NCBI GenBank assembly: GCA_002269645.1
Contig: NIVC01002082.1
Coordinates: forward strand, 61,788 to 125,787
Reading direction: 5' to 3'
From: Macrostomum lignano
Lineage: Eukaryota
DNA length: 64,000 bases
The notes beneath the pieces are model-generated. The model ran no database searches, had not been told where the DNA came from, and worked only from the letters and a program-made list of their open reading frames with translations. This document shows positions 12,249 through 25,086 of this stretch, piece after piece; positions within the stretch are counted from its first letter, which is position 1; each line of letters begins with the position of its first letter. A program made the position numbers and the translations under genes.

Positions 12249-13120
12249 TTTTCAATATATCACTAATATTAGGCCTAATAAAAATTAAGCCTAATTAATT
12301 GATTTGCATTATTTAGTCTCTCTCAGTCTGACTAAGTAGGCCTAAGATCAGACTGATGGACTAAGGGTCATTCACTGGCCATCTCAAAGATTAACAAGTA
12401 TTACTTTTATTGTAACCAGTCGATCAGAAGATTTCTGGCTAGGACTGCCATGACTTGCTCCTGTCGCTGTCGCGAGCTGTCAACAGATGTACCGCCACCG
12501 CGCGCGCCTAATTAATTATTGTTGGAACACTCGACTGGCGGAGAGCAGTTAAAAAACTGCCTATTATGTTGAACGATAAAACAAATTTATACGTACTTTT
12601 TCTATACTAACAAGCATAATTTTTACCATATCTTTATCTACAAAAAACTAAAACACTGCAATATTTTCGATAAAAAATTAGTACTTTCTAATTAGGCTGG
12701 AAATTTCTTTATTAGATTGTACGTTACAAGCGCCCAAGCACGCATTTTCAGTTTAATCGCATTTAGACCTGTACAGTATTTGCTTACTTTTACAGTACTT
12801 ATAGTACTGTACGCTGTACTTATATTTGTTATCATGCGCAATGGGATTATAGAATATAGGATAGTTACATGCACAGTAGAATAAACCGCAGTATTAAATT
12901 CGTATAACAATTGAAAGATCAGAACCAAGTCCAAACGCCTACTGTTAAAAAACACTGTGAGTTGTCTATTTCGCTGAATCCTCAAAACATATATACACAT
13001 GCATGTCAGATGTTTTGCGCAAATTGCGCTGCAGATACACTGTACATGTACTACTGTACGAAGGCTCAGATCGCGCAGGCGCGTTTACATGTACATCATG
13101 CATATTACGGATACGTACTA

Positions 13121-13345
13121 CACCTTTTCACGTTCAATTTTGAACAAAGTCCAGTTCTAAAAAAACTAGCGGAAATTCAATTCAGACAATTCCGACTGGG
13201 GACAATTTTGTCTATGGCTAAACCTCGCTTCCGTAGCAGAATGTTTTGAACTGGGGTTTGTTGCCCCAGTCTGAATTGTCTGAATTGAATTTCCGCTAGT
13301 TTTTTTTAGAACTGGACTTTGTTCAAAATTGAACGTGAAAAGGTG
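13121..13345. mobile_element. Foldback MITE (225 bp) with ~85-bp TIRs and TA target duplication (Tc1/mariner-like)
   Basis: TA|CACCTTTTCACGTTCAATTTTGAACAAAGTCCAG... mirrored by ...CTGGACTTTGTTCAAAATTGAACGTGAAAAGGTG|TA. Confidence 0.85.
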
Positions 13346-14257
13346 TACTGTATCGCGCGCCGAGCTACAAATGTAGTCAATCCCAGCGACCTATATGTAG
13401 TAAGGTCCCAGCGACCTGTTGCGTCGTCATATCAGCAGCAACAAGGCCACATGAATCTGCATATGGCAGCAGGCAATAATATCGTATGCTCTCGTACGTA
13501 TGCACCACATGCATAAGGTGACATATGCAACTAGCTAGTCGATAGCAATGAGTCAGATTCAGCATGCAGTCAATACCAATTCCGCTAGCTGACCCTAAGC
13601 CCGCACAAGGAGACGTACATGCCATGCAGACACTGCACATGCCATGGCACACACGGCAAAAAGGCTTGGGTGCAAAGCGGCCCTGATGACTTTCTCTTCA
13701 CCAAGGTAGATTTAACTTACATGTACTACTCGTTACATGTAATTCGTGTCTTGAGAGGGTTTGACATACATACATTACCTGTACAAAGTCGAACAAAGAT
13801 CGAACTTGAGTCGAGATGCCGATACATTATACAATAATTATAACTGACCGCTGATCCGCCTGCATGGCTATGTGCCTAATGCACTCCAACTTCTAACGTA
13901 GAATAGAAGTAAAATAAATCAAATCTCTGCTCAGTCTGCAGATGTCTATTCTTCATTCTCAATATGAATCATTAACCGACTGGAGCGTGAGTATGAACTT
14001 ATTATTCGCACATGAGTGAAAGTTAATTCGTATAATGACGAAAAATAATCTCAAAAAAACTATACATAACCGCGCCGGGTATCCATGGAGACGACGCAAA
14101 ATACGATCGTAATATGATGCCAACCGTTTTTTTTAATAAACCTGTATATGCATTATGTCGCCCCTATCGATCAGTTAGTTATTCGCGTCCTTTTTTCGGA
14201 ACATTTTTCTCAAACGAAATGTAATTAAAGAGACATGCAGGATCGAGCCGCGTCTAA

Positions 14258-14289
<32 letters not shown>

Positions 14290-14647
14290 CGGAATAAATG
14301 AGACGCTCAGAACTAATTGGAATGCTGCGCAGAACTGAGCTCCCTGGGGATCATGTTGCGATTCTCTTCTCAGTGCCTGTAGTGTAATGCCCTAAAGAAG
14401 ATCTTGCCATAAATATTCAATTCTTCTACTTACAAAATATGCGCATTGCATTGGCCATTATATTGAAGTTGAACGAACAATACCGGCATGCATGAAAGCA
14501 ATAAATAGGCGGGAGTCCACCGTACGGAGAATGAACCTTTCTGGGCCGCATGTTCTTTTAGTTAAAAGCAATTCAACAGTTTTTTTTTTCAACTTCGCGT
14601 TGATGCACTGCATGGGGAGCTACTGCCTGCATGCAAAAATGATTTTA

Positions 14648-14940
14648 GGGGGTTGTAGCCTTAAGTGTTTAGAGCACCCCACTCACGACTGAAAGGTCCA
14701 GGGGTTCGATTCTCGACCCAGCACTGCACTGGGAACAATTTTTGTCCTTGAGCAAGACACTACTAATACTCAGCATTGCTTCAGTTCACCCAGCTGTAAA
14801 ATGGGTGCCAGCGTTAGCTGGGGTAACTGACGGTGTGTGTGGCGACCCCCCCAGTCCTTGGACTGAACAGCCGAACAATAGCTGCGGCGGAGCTTTCGGT
14901 TGCATATTTGGCCATTTGGGCGGATGTAATAAGTTACTAT
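14648..14940 (+). mobile_element. tRNA-derived SINE with a Nin/Deu-like central domain
   Basis: A-box-like TAGCCTTAAGTG, B-box GGTTCGATTC (14703-14712), then GTCCTTGAGCAAGACAC...TGCTTCAGTTCACCCAGCTGTAAAATGGGT; second copy at 1129. Confidence 0.85.
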
Positions 14941-15442
14941 TGAATATTACTAAATGCATTTCCAAGAAAGTCGATCGTTCAACGTCTTTCTACTGTAGTT
15001 GTCCACGCGGTTCAAAGGAGAATAGATAGTGAACAAAAGTGCAAACGATGAACTCTTACCGATATAGCGCGATGCTATCAGTGGCTATGCAACTCCATTT
15101 AGTGCTATTTGTATAGTGTCTATATAGCTTCATCATTAGGCTAGAGAATCGCCATTTAATCGGGACAATGCGCGGATCGAGTTTCTCCCTATAGTAGCGA
15201 TCGGTCGGAGGGAGGGGCGAGATAAAGGTTCAAACAAATTATAGGAACTGACGGAGTCGTCCTGTGTGTTTTGTAACCGAGTAAAAAAAGTCACGCACTT
15301 AGAGGTTGGGAATTATATGAAGCTTTTTCTTCGATTTTACGTAATAGTGCGCTTGTATTGATAAAATTTGCAAATAACCAGAAATGCATGACTACTTTAA
15401 TGCACTTTCGTCACTGGATCAGGTTTATCCGTTCACATCCGT

Positions 15443-15890
15443 TCCGTGTCACAGTCTGCCATCTGTTCACTACAGTATCTGACACAGTCCGTCATCTGTT
15501 CACTACACTATCTGTCACAGTCTGTCATCTGTTCACTACACTATCTGTCACAGTCTGTCATCTGTTCACTACAGTATCTGACACAGTCTGTCATCTGTTC
15601 ACTACAGTATCTGACACAGTCTGTCACCTGTTCACTACAGTATCTGACACAGTCTGTCATCTGTTCACTACAGTATTTGACACAGTCTGTCATCTGTTCA
15701 CTGACATCTGTCACAGTCTCTGTCATCTGTTCACTACAGTATCTGACACAGTCTGCCATCTGTTCACTACAGCATCTGACACAGTCTCCGTCATCTGTTC
15801 ACTACAGTATCTGTCACAGTCTCTGTCATCTGTTCACTACAGTATCTGTCACAGTCTCTGTCATCTGTTCACTAACATCTGTCACAGTCA
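15443..15890. repeat. ~31-bp minisatellite (acagtctgtcatctgttcactacagtatctg)
   Basis: About 14 visible tandem copies; ORFs here are repeat translations. Confidence 0.95.
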
Positions 15891-16641
15891 GGCATCAACT
15901 CAAAAGTGCAAAACCAACGCTGGTCTTTAAAAGACTTAATTTAGTCGAACACATTGGTCGCACTCATATACATGATTTATTGTAATATATTAGCTTTTTT
16001 ATTATAATCAATAAGTTATTAGGAGACGCATACATGTATATGAGCTAACAGTACAAACTTATACACTCTGACTGTGCACTTTATAATAAAAAGTCGTTTG
16101 CTCCTAACACACGCTTAGCTAATTAATAAACAAGTTTTTTGTCAGCACAAAACCACAATCTGATTGTGAAAATGTAGAGGTACTAATTATTCCTTGTGAA
16201 AAGAATATAACGCAAATTATGTTCAAGGTAGATATTTAGGATTTAAAACAACAACACACGCGATGGACAAGACTAAATATAAACAACTCTGCATTAGTAC
16301 AAAGCTCTACTTTCTTAGAGTCTGGCCATAGACAAATTCGCGGTAATAAAAAATCCGACTTCCGAAAATCGAACGTAGCGTACTGATCAACGCGGTTTAA
16401 CAAATTGACGCGAAAGCGTACAGACACTGAAGGATTAACATATTTGTGCAATGTATGAGCATGGATGAACTATAGTCAGTCCGTTACAGTTATATTGTAC
16501 TTGACTAAAGTACAAAAGTTAAACAGTTATAAAAGGGCTTCTTGAGTACAGTTATTTTCATTGGAGCTATTTAACATGCTAAAAAGGAATGTTTCAATTT
16601 AATATTTTACTATCTAAATGGTTCACAATTTATACCTAAAC

Positions 16642-17366
16642 CAGGGGTCAGCAAACTTTCTTACTTCAAGGACCAGATAGAGAATTCAGCTCATGTCTGC
16701 GGGCCAGATGAGCCTGGAAAGGAGAGGGAATTAAAGATGAGAGATGAAAGAAGAGAGTAGAGGCGATCGATGGGATGAGAAAAAAAGAGAAGGGAAGAAG
16801 AGAGAGAAGAGAGAGAAGAGAGAGAAAGAGGAGAGGGAGGAGAGGGGAGAGAAGAGAGAGAAGAGAGGAGAGAGAAGAATAGAGGGGAGAGAATTGAGAG
16901 AGAAGAGAGGGGAAGAGGAGAGGAGAGGGGGAGAGAAGAGAGAAGAAGAGAGGGGAGAGAAGAGAGAGGAGAGAGGGGAGAGAAGAGAGAGAAGAGAGAG
17001 AAGAGAGGAGAGAGAAGAATAGAAGGGAGAGAAGAGAGAAGAAGAGAGGAGAGAGAAGAAGAGAGGGGAGAGAAGAGAGAGAAGAGAGAGAAGAGAGGAG
17101 AGAGAAGAATAGAGGGGAGAGAATTGAGAGAGAAGAGAGAAGAGAGAAGAAGAGAGGAGAGAGAAGAGAGAGAAGAGAGAAGAAAGAAGAAGAGAGGGGA
17201 AGAGGAGAGGGGGAGAGGGGAGAGAAGAGAGAAGAAGAGAGAAGAGAGAGAAGAGAAAGCGCTGAGAAGAGACAAAAGCCTTGAGCGGGCCGTATTGCTA
17301 TGGTGAAGTTTCAAAGGTCCCGAAGGCCCGGATGGAGAGAGGCTTCAAGGACGCATGTGGCCCGCT
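16642..17366 (+). mobile_element. hAT/Charlie-like MITE remnant interrupted by a GA-rich microsatellite
   Basis: Starts CAGGGGTCAGCAAACT after ACCTAAAC; GCGGGCC/GGCCCG subterminal motifs on both sides of the GA tract; right TIR not found. Confidence 0.55.
16735..17270. repeat. GA-rich degenerate microsatellite
   Basis: Almost pure A/G tract (gagaagagagaa...). Confidence 0.95.
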
Positions 17367-17597
17367 TAAACGATTAAAATTCGTTTTACCGAAGCGGGTT
17401 TCCTAAACATTCGCCATAGACAAAATCGGTCAAAAAAAATCGGTTGATTTCGGTTAGTCTCTGGCAGCATTTAATAAAAATGCTTGATACACTCGCCAGT
17501 TTCACCAGTTTCACAAAACGCCTGAGCTTGCTATAGCTTCATTCTCAGAAGCTCAGAAATTACCTTATAGGCTTAGAATTGCCCGCACTTTCTTAGA

Positions 17598-18316
17598 TCA
17601 GAGCACCGGCGGGATGCTGGCAGCGAGTGAGCTGTGACGCCGGTGCTGTCGGTTCAGCAGGCACCGGGGCACCGTCTCCTGAATCATGTCCGTGATGGAG
17701 TTGCGGCCCAGGCCCGGTTGGGGCAGCAGTATCCTGGCTGGGTCGTGAAGCTGACACGGCTGCAGCTGTTGCTGCTGTTGCTGCTGTTGCCTCAGTTGTC
17801 TCATGGGACTGACAGGCGAGTAGTAACAGCTCGAGCATCCGTTGCCATGGAAACTGCCGCCGGCGTGTCCGTGCTGAAAGAACTGGTGCGCATCCATGTT
17901 GTTATTATTGTTGCTAACGCTGCTATTGTTGTTGTTATTGTTGTTGATGCCAGAGTACACCCTAGCGTAGTGCGATGTGGTGCAGCATGAGTAGAAGAAC
18001 AGGCCGACTCCGCTGAGCAGCAGGATGGTGCCGGCTGCCAGGGTGGCCCGGTGACCGGTCACCAATGCCGCCCAACCGGTAAGAGCGGCGCCGATGACCA
18101 GACAGCTCAGGATGAGGCAGATGAGGCTGGCGAACAGTGCGCGACGACAACGGGACGGAGTGCACTCGCACCGGCCGATGTAGGACTGAATGCCGCTTCT
18201 GTGCAGTTTGGCTCGCCGATGCCTCTGCTGCTGCTGCTGCTGGTGATGCCGCAGCAGGGAGGGAAAGTGCGCCTCAAAGCTGCTGGCCTGCTGCGATGGA
18301 GGCGGAGGTGGCGGAG

Positions 18317-18361
<45 letters not shown>

Positions 18362-18758
18362 TTTGGGATCCATTGTTACCGTCACATTCGATGATGACAT
18401 CCTGCAGCAGCTGGTGCTGCTGATGATGATAGCCCGGATGCAGCTGATGATGAGACTGCGCCGCAGCTGGCGAGAGCTGCTGATGATGGAACTGCGGCAG
18501 ATCCGGCGGTGGAAACGGAAATTTAGTTCCACTGGCAGGGACCGCGGAGTCCTTGGCTGGCGCAGGATGAAGACGGATCATTGTGCTTTGGTTGTAGAGC
18601 GATTGGAGCGATGGGTGCCCGGCTGTCACAACCGCTCTGACTGCCGAGTGTGGGGGGGGGTTTATCTGCCTTCCCTGCATTTTCCCCTCAATCCCCCGCG
18701 GGACCCTCTTTAGAGCTTGTCGATCTGCAAATGCTGTAGCAAGAAAAAAGTCTGCCAT
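17598..18758 (-). CDS. Uncharacterised 386-aa protein with polyQ/polyN tracts and two predicted TM helices
   Basis: ATG-started GC-rich ORF; hydrophobic hairpin ALFASLICLILSCLVIGAALTGWAALV / LAAGTILLLSGVGLFFYSCC; homopolymeric tracts keep frame. No recognised family. Confidence 0.6.
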
Positions 18759-20279
18759 TCACACACAGCAGATGCGCGATTGGCCCGCCATGGCGGTGAG
18801 CGATGGCCGGGGAGTGGGCAGACAGGGGACTCGCAAATTCCAACCCCCCTCCATCCCTAGCTGTTTGCTGTAGTATTTCCAGCGACCTCATCCGCCACAA
18901 TGGGATGCGGTGGCCTTGAGTAGCTGCGTGAATGTCGCCATTATTGAAGACTCAGGTGTAAGGCAATGGCAAGGAGGCCCAGAAGCAGTACTTGGCGTTG
19001 CAACTCTTCCATTTTCAGATAACCCAACCAAACAATCTTTTTGGTTCAGTTTGCGACAGCAATGATTTTAAGCTTGTTCTCATTCATCAGTTACATCCAG
19101 TGTTGACAAGAAGTCTGTTGTGCATGAAGCTGAAAAGAAACAACTACAGTCAGTCCTGTAAGAGTTTCCGATCCAGGTTCTGGCTCAGGGACTCCTTGGC
19201 AACGGTTTTGCTGGGCTGGAAAATGACACATTAGGCCCGCTACCGCTGACTGTGACCATAAAGATTTGGGACTTTTAAATCCTCAGGCAAACGCGACTTA
19301 TATAGAGGAAGAGAATATAGTTGAATTGTCGTCAGCTGAGGAAAGGGGAAGAGAAGGGAGCAGAAGAGGATTGGGGATAATAGAATGTCTGAAAATTTCC
19401 AACGTAATAAGATTTGCTTGGAGAGATTCAAGAGGCCGCCCAGGAGAAGATGCAGCGATAAGTTTTCTAGACTGGGAAAAAATCTTCAACACTCTGACGG
19501 GTGTGCATGCACTTACAAAAGCACTTGGCTCTCAAAGCTTTTTGCAAGGATGCTCTTCGGATCGGATCAATGGGCCGCGTTCGGTCCACTTACCCACCGA
19601 TCGGTCGGTCGCTCTTGAAAACGGCGGCAACTTCTACTTAGGCAGCTATGGCTCAATTCTCTCAAAAGAATGCCGCTTTTTAGTTTTGCTCCTATTGCTA
19701 ATTTTCTTCTTAACGCTTCAGCAATAGTCTGAGACAGCAACGGGTGAAGGCTTAAGTAATTAACTAATAAGTCTGATTGTGGATTTTTCCTCAGACTTCC
19801 GCATAGGGTTCATTCAGATTGTCTTGTGTTGGCTTATTATTTCAAGCTTCCCCTTAGCACCATAGACAGATCCGTTTCTTAGAATCCACCCAACCATTGG
19901 AATGAATTTCCCTATTTCCCGGAAATCCGGGAATTACCGTCTGCTCAACGGCACCAACTCCACCAAGCAGCCTCCCTCAGCTCGGGCAATAAAGGAAAAC
20001 GTGTCTTTCGGTCGCAACTTCGCCATCAGGTTTAAGAAGAACTCGTTTCACACTTGGCTGAGCAAACTTGAAAGTAAGCTCTTTCATCGCTTGGAGTGGC
20101 TCGTTTGTTGTGCGTACAAATTTGCATCTATTTTTGCCTTTGTACTCAGCTGCAGTCTCTGCTCTTCAGTGTAGATGCGACACTCACGGCGTCATTAACT
20201 TGGTGAAACCAGAGTAGAACTTCTGCACTGAGGGAATCTGCTTAAAGACATTTTCAGATTAATGCACAAGGAACAAAGT

Positions 20280-20905
20280 AGTTAGGAATAAATAGACAAA
20301 GTAGAAGAGAAAAAAATAGACAAAGTAGAGAGAGAGAAGTAGACAAAGTAGAGAGAAAAGTAAACAAAGTAAAAAGAGAAGTAGACCAAGTAGAGAGAGA
20401 AGTAGACAGAAGAGAGAGTAGACAAAGTAGAGAGAGAGAAGTAGACAAAGTAGAGAGAGAGAAGTAGACAAAGTAGAGAGAAAAGTAAACAAAGTAAAAA
20501 GAGAAGTAGACCAAGTAGAGAGAGAGAAGTAGACAGAAGAGAGAGTAGACAAAGTAGAGAGAGAAAAGTAGACAATGAAGAGTGAGAGAGAGAGAGAGAA
20601 GTAGACAAAGTAGAGAGAGAAGTAGACAATGAAGAGTGAGAGAGAGAAGTAGACAAAGTAGAGAGAGAAGTAGACAGAAGAGAGAGTAGACAAAGTAGAG
20701 AGAGAAAAGTAGACTATGAAGAGTGAGAGAGAGAGAGAGAGAGAGAAGTAGACAAAGTAGAGAGAGAAGTAGACAATGAAGAGTGAGAGAGAGAGAGAAG
20801 TAGACAAAGTAGAGAGAGAATTAGACAATGAAGAGTGAGAGAGGAGTAGACAAAGGAGAGCGAGAAGTAGACAAAGTTGAGAGACTAGCAGCAGTAGGGA
20901 TAAGA
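20280..20905. repeat. AG-rich minisatellite (aagtagacaaagtagagagag variants)
   Basis: Directly visible tandem units. Confidence 0.93.
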
Positions 20906-21477
20906 AGCAGGAGTATACAAACACACACACAGAGAAGCAGAGCAGGCCAGTCGCAGCCTTAGCAAACCCGAGCAGTTAATGAGCTCAATTACGTTTGCCG
21001 ACTCCCGTTCGGAAAGCCGAGAGCCCATAATCTCCTTTACCATCCTCAAACGCCAAAAGGCTACTTTTTTTGCGGCAAACTCGCCAAGTCGTCTCCTCAG
21101 CCTCCCGCCTCCTCAGCAGCTTCATCAGCGCGGCATTGACTGCTTGAAGCGGTTACATTGCATCTATTTTAGGAATTTTTGGCATCGAATGGGTCAACTG
21201 TAGGCTTTGCCAGCTCGGCTTTCCCAGAATCTTCCCCCCTGGCAAGCTTTGAGCACAAGCTATTCTTCATCATCATTTCGTCTCCCTTTCAATGAGTGCT
21301 ATGCCAGGCGTGGGTAGGATAAATCAGAGCCCGGAGACTTAATCCCAGCTCAGACGGGACCTCCATCTAGGAAGTAGCAGGCAGCTGGAATCCTCAGCTT
21401 TTCTGCTCTGCGGTCTCCATTCGATTTTCCCACTTCTCGAATAATCTGCATTATTTCAGAAGTTTTCTTTCGATTAC

Positions 21478-22215
21478 TCGCGCTTATGATTAATACTGCG
21501 CGCTTATGAATGATACTGCGCGCTTATGATTAATACTGCGCGCTTAGGATTAGCACTGCGCGCTTATCATTAATACTGCGTGCCTATGATTAGCACTGCG
21601 CGCTTATGAATGATACTGCACGCTTATGATTAATACTGCGCGCCTATGATTAGCACTGCGCGCTTATGAATGATACTGCGCGCTTATGATTAACACTGCG
21701 CGCTTATAATTAACACTGCGCGCTTATGATTAACACTGCGCGCTTTTGATTAATATTGCGCCCTTACAATTAACACTGCGCGCTTATGATTAACACTGCG
21801 CGCTTTTGATTAACACTGCGCGCTTATGATTAACACTGCGCGCTTACTATTAACACTGCGCGCTTATGATTAACACTGCGCGCTTTTGATTAATACTGCG
21901 CCCTTACAATTAACACTGCGCGCTTATGATTAACACTGCGCGCTTTTGATTAACACTGCGCGCTTATGATTAACACTGCGCGCTTATTATTAACACTGCG
22001 CGCTTATTATTAACACTGCGCGCTTTTGATTAATACTGCGTCCTTACAATTAACACTGTGCGCTTATGATTAACGCTGCGCTCTTTTGATTATCACTGCG
22101 CGCTTAGAATTAATACTGCGCACTTATGAAACTGCGCGCTTATGGTTAACACTGCGCGCTTATGGTTATAACAGTGCGCTTTTGATTAACACTGCGCGCT
22201 TATGAAACTGCGCGC
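21478..22215. repeat. 20-bp minisatellite (cgcttatgattaacactgcg), ~35 copies
   Basis: Units align in a 20-base register. Confidence 0.95.
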
Positions 22216-22780
22216 ATATGACACAATACAAAAAACTCCCCCAAGAATGCATGCATTTCATTGCTTGATGCTTGAAAACACTTGCCATATGTCTAACAAA
22301 ATTTTGCGCATTTCGAATAATAATTAGGGGAATCGGTTGCACTTTTGTGTTTCACTGTTTACACAGATAAAGCAGGGCGAGTAAAAAAGCCTCGCTCGCT
22401 CCTGCCTCAGAACAGCAAGCAAGGGATCAATCAACTCCGCCTAAAGGCACACAGGATGAGGGAAAGAGGGGAGAGAGAGTGGGCGAGCGAGCATTGGGGG
22501 GTGGTCTCAATCCCCTGTCATGTCATAATTATTGATAGCCATAAGCATGGCCACATATTGGTTCTCTGTTTCCACTCCCCACTCTCTCCCCTCCCCTCAT
22601 ATTCCATCTTTATGAGCGTGCAAACGATACGCTATTTGGGCTGGGCTACAAAGTGAGCAGTGCTCAGGCTGTGCCTCTCGGACTTTGTTGACTCTGTCTA
22701 GATTTACTATCAGCCTGATGTTTCTTTCTGCATTGCTTTAAATTAGTTGTACGCTCGTATTAGGCACTGTTCGTGTGAGG

Positions 22781-23182
22781 AGCGCCGTTTTTAGGGGCGC
22801 CGTTTTTAGGGGGCGCCGTTTTTAGGGGCGCCGTTTTTAGGGGCGCCGTTTTTAGGGGCGCCGTTTTTAGGGGCGCCGTTTTTAGGGGCGCCGTTTTTAG
22901 GGGCGCCGTTTTTAGGGGCGCCGTTTTTAGGGGCGCCGTTTTTAGGGGCGCCGTTTTTAGGGGCGCCGTTTTTAGGGGCGCCGTTTTTAGGGGCGCCGTT
23001 TTTAGGGGCGCCGTTTTTAGGGGCGCCGTTTTTAGGGGCGCCGTTTTTAGGGGCGCCGTTTTTAGGGGCGCCGTTTTTAGGGGCGCCGTTTTTAGGGGCG
23101 CCGTTTTTAGGGGCGCCGTTTTTAGGGGCGCCGTTTTTAGGGGCGCCGTTTTTAGGGGCGCCGTTTTAAGAGGCGCTGTTTT
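22781..23182. repeat. Near-perfect 15-bp tandem repeat (CCGTTTTTAGGGGCG), ~26 copies
   Basis: Essentially invariant 15-base period. Confidence 0.97.
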
Positions 23183-23529
23183 TTATCCGTTCTAACCTGA
23201 CCTCCGGGACGTCAGACCCGGCTGAGATTCCCCTCACTCTCATGCAAGTAAAAATCGATTAAAAAAGTACAAGAAAACGCAGGCATCAGGAAGCAGGAGT
23301 TGGAGCGTGTCGGAGCCGATGGTTGGCGCTTTCCTGAGTGCCTACCACGGAATGAGACTGAGAATGCTTGAGAAGCTTCGCTCCATGAAGAAAAAATGAC
23401 GATAATGGCGTACAATCTGGGGGTCTGAGTCCGCATCGATTCACAATCGAGTCCACGATTGAGGATTCACTTTTCTCATCCCGTCTCATCTCATGCACTC
23501 CTATTCCCTCATATCATACCCTATAATCT

Positions 23530-24660
23530 CATCCCGTCTCATCTTATCCCGTCTCATCTTATCCCGTCTCATCTCATCTCGTCTCATCTCATCTCGTCTC
23601 ATCTCACCCGTCTCATCTCATCTCGTCTCATCTCATCTCGTCTCATCTCATCTCGTCTCATCTCACCCGTCTCATCTCATCTCTTCTCATCTCATCCCGT
23701 CTCATCTCATCCGTCTCATCTCACCCGTCTCACCTCACCGGTCTCATCTCATCCCGTCTCATCTCATCCGTCTCATCTCATCCGTCTCATCTCACCCGTC
23801 TCACCTCACCGGTCTCATCTCATCCCGTCTCATCTCATCCGTCTCATCTCATCCCGTCTCATCTCATCTCGTCTCATCTCACCCGTCTCATCTCATCTCG
23901 TCTCATCTCATCCCGTCTCATCTCATCCGTCTCATCTCACCCGTCTCATCTCATCTCGTCTCATCTCGTCTCGTCTCATCTCATCTCGTCTCATCTCATC
24001 CGTCTCATCTCACCCGTCTCATCTCATCTCGTCTCATCTCATCTCGTCTCATCTCATCTCGTCTCATCTCACCCGTCTCATCTCATCTCGTCTCATCTCA
24101 TCCCGTCTCATCTCATCCGTCTCATCTCACCCGTCTCACCTCACCGGTCTCATCTCATCCCGTCTCATCTCATCCGTCTCATCTCACCCGTCTCATCTCA
24201 TCTCGTCTCATCTCATCCCGTCTCATCTCATCCGTCTCATCTCACCCGTCTCACCTCACCCGTCTCATCTCATCCCGTCTCATCTCATCCGTCTCATCTC
24301 ACCCATCTCATCTCACCCGTCTCATCTCATCTCGTCTCATCTCATCCGTCTCATCTCATCTCGTCTCATCTCATCTCGTCTCATCTCATCCGTCTCATCT
24401 CATCTCGTCTCATCTCGTCTCGTCTCATCTCATCTCGTCTCATCTCATCTCGTCTCATCTCATCCCGTCTCATCTCATCTCGTCTCATCTCATCTCGTCT
24501 CATCTCATCTCGTCTCATCTCATCTCGTCTCATCTCATCTCGTCTCATCTCATCTCGTCTCATCTCATCTCGTCTCATCTCATCTCGTCTCATTTCATAC
24601 TCTCATCTCATCTCATCCCGTCTCATCTCATTCCCTCTCCATCCCATCCTCTCTCATCTC
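23530..24660. repeat. Pentamer-based satellite (TCTCA/TCTCG/TCCCG)
   Basis: Directly visible; ORFs here are repeat translations. Confidence 0.95.
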
Positions 24661-25086
24661 TATTTAACTCCATCAATCTTCGCCCCTCCATCTCTCCCCA
24701 TCTCTCTCTTTCCCTCAATATCCAATCTCATCAAAGGATTAATTTATCAGGGACAAACCAGCGCAGCCCCTGCATCAACCAGCCAAGCCATTCAATCGCA
24801 ATCAAAAAAGGTTTTCTTTTTCTTCTGTGACTTTTTCGATCCAGCCAGAAACGGAATTTCAAATATTTCTTGAGAGCCTCAGATATTCAAAGAGCCTCGC
24901 TTCAGTCATCCGGCTGAGTGCTTGGGAGGCAGGCATCTCCGGTCACTCCGGTGCACGCGCACTTTTGCACTCGGTGTCGGCTATAATCCCACAACTCCTG
25001 CCCAGAACTTCCTAGATACATCAATTTTATTCCACTGAGGCTGGGAGTCTCCCGCAATTCTTCCACTGCCTTTGGTTCGGTATGGG

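Noticed and set aside
12410-12560. Possible first exon or promoter of Nup214 (MAVLARNLLID)
   Set aside because: The phase fits, but the donor GTTACA is poor and there is no sequence similarity.
14648-14720. Functional tRNA gene
   Set aside because: No clean cloverleaf; it continues into a SINE body that is repeated at 1129.
18900-25080. Short ORFs in the unique stretches between repeats
   Set aside because: No recognisable motifs or consistent splice phases.
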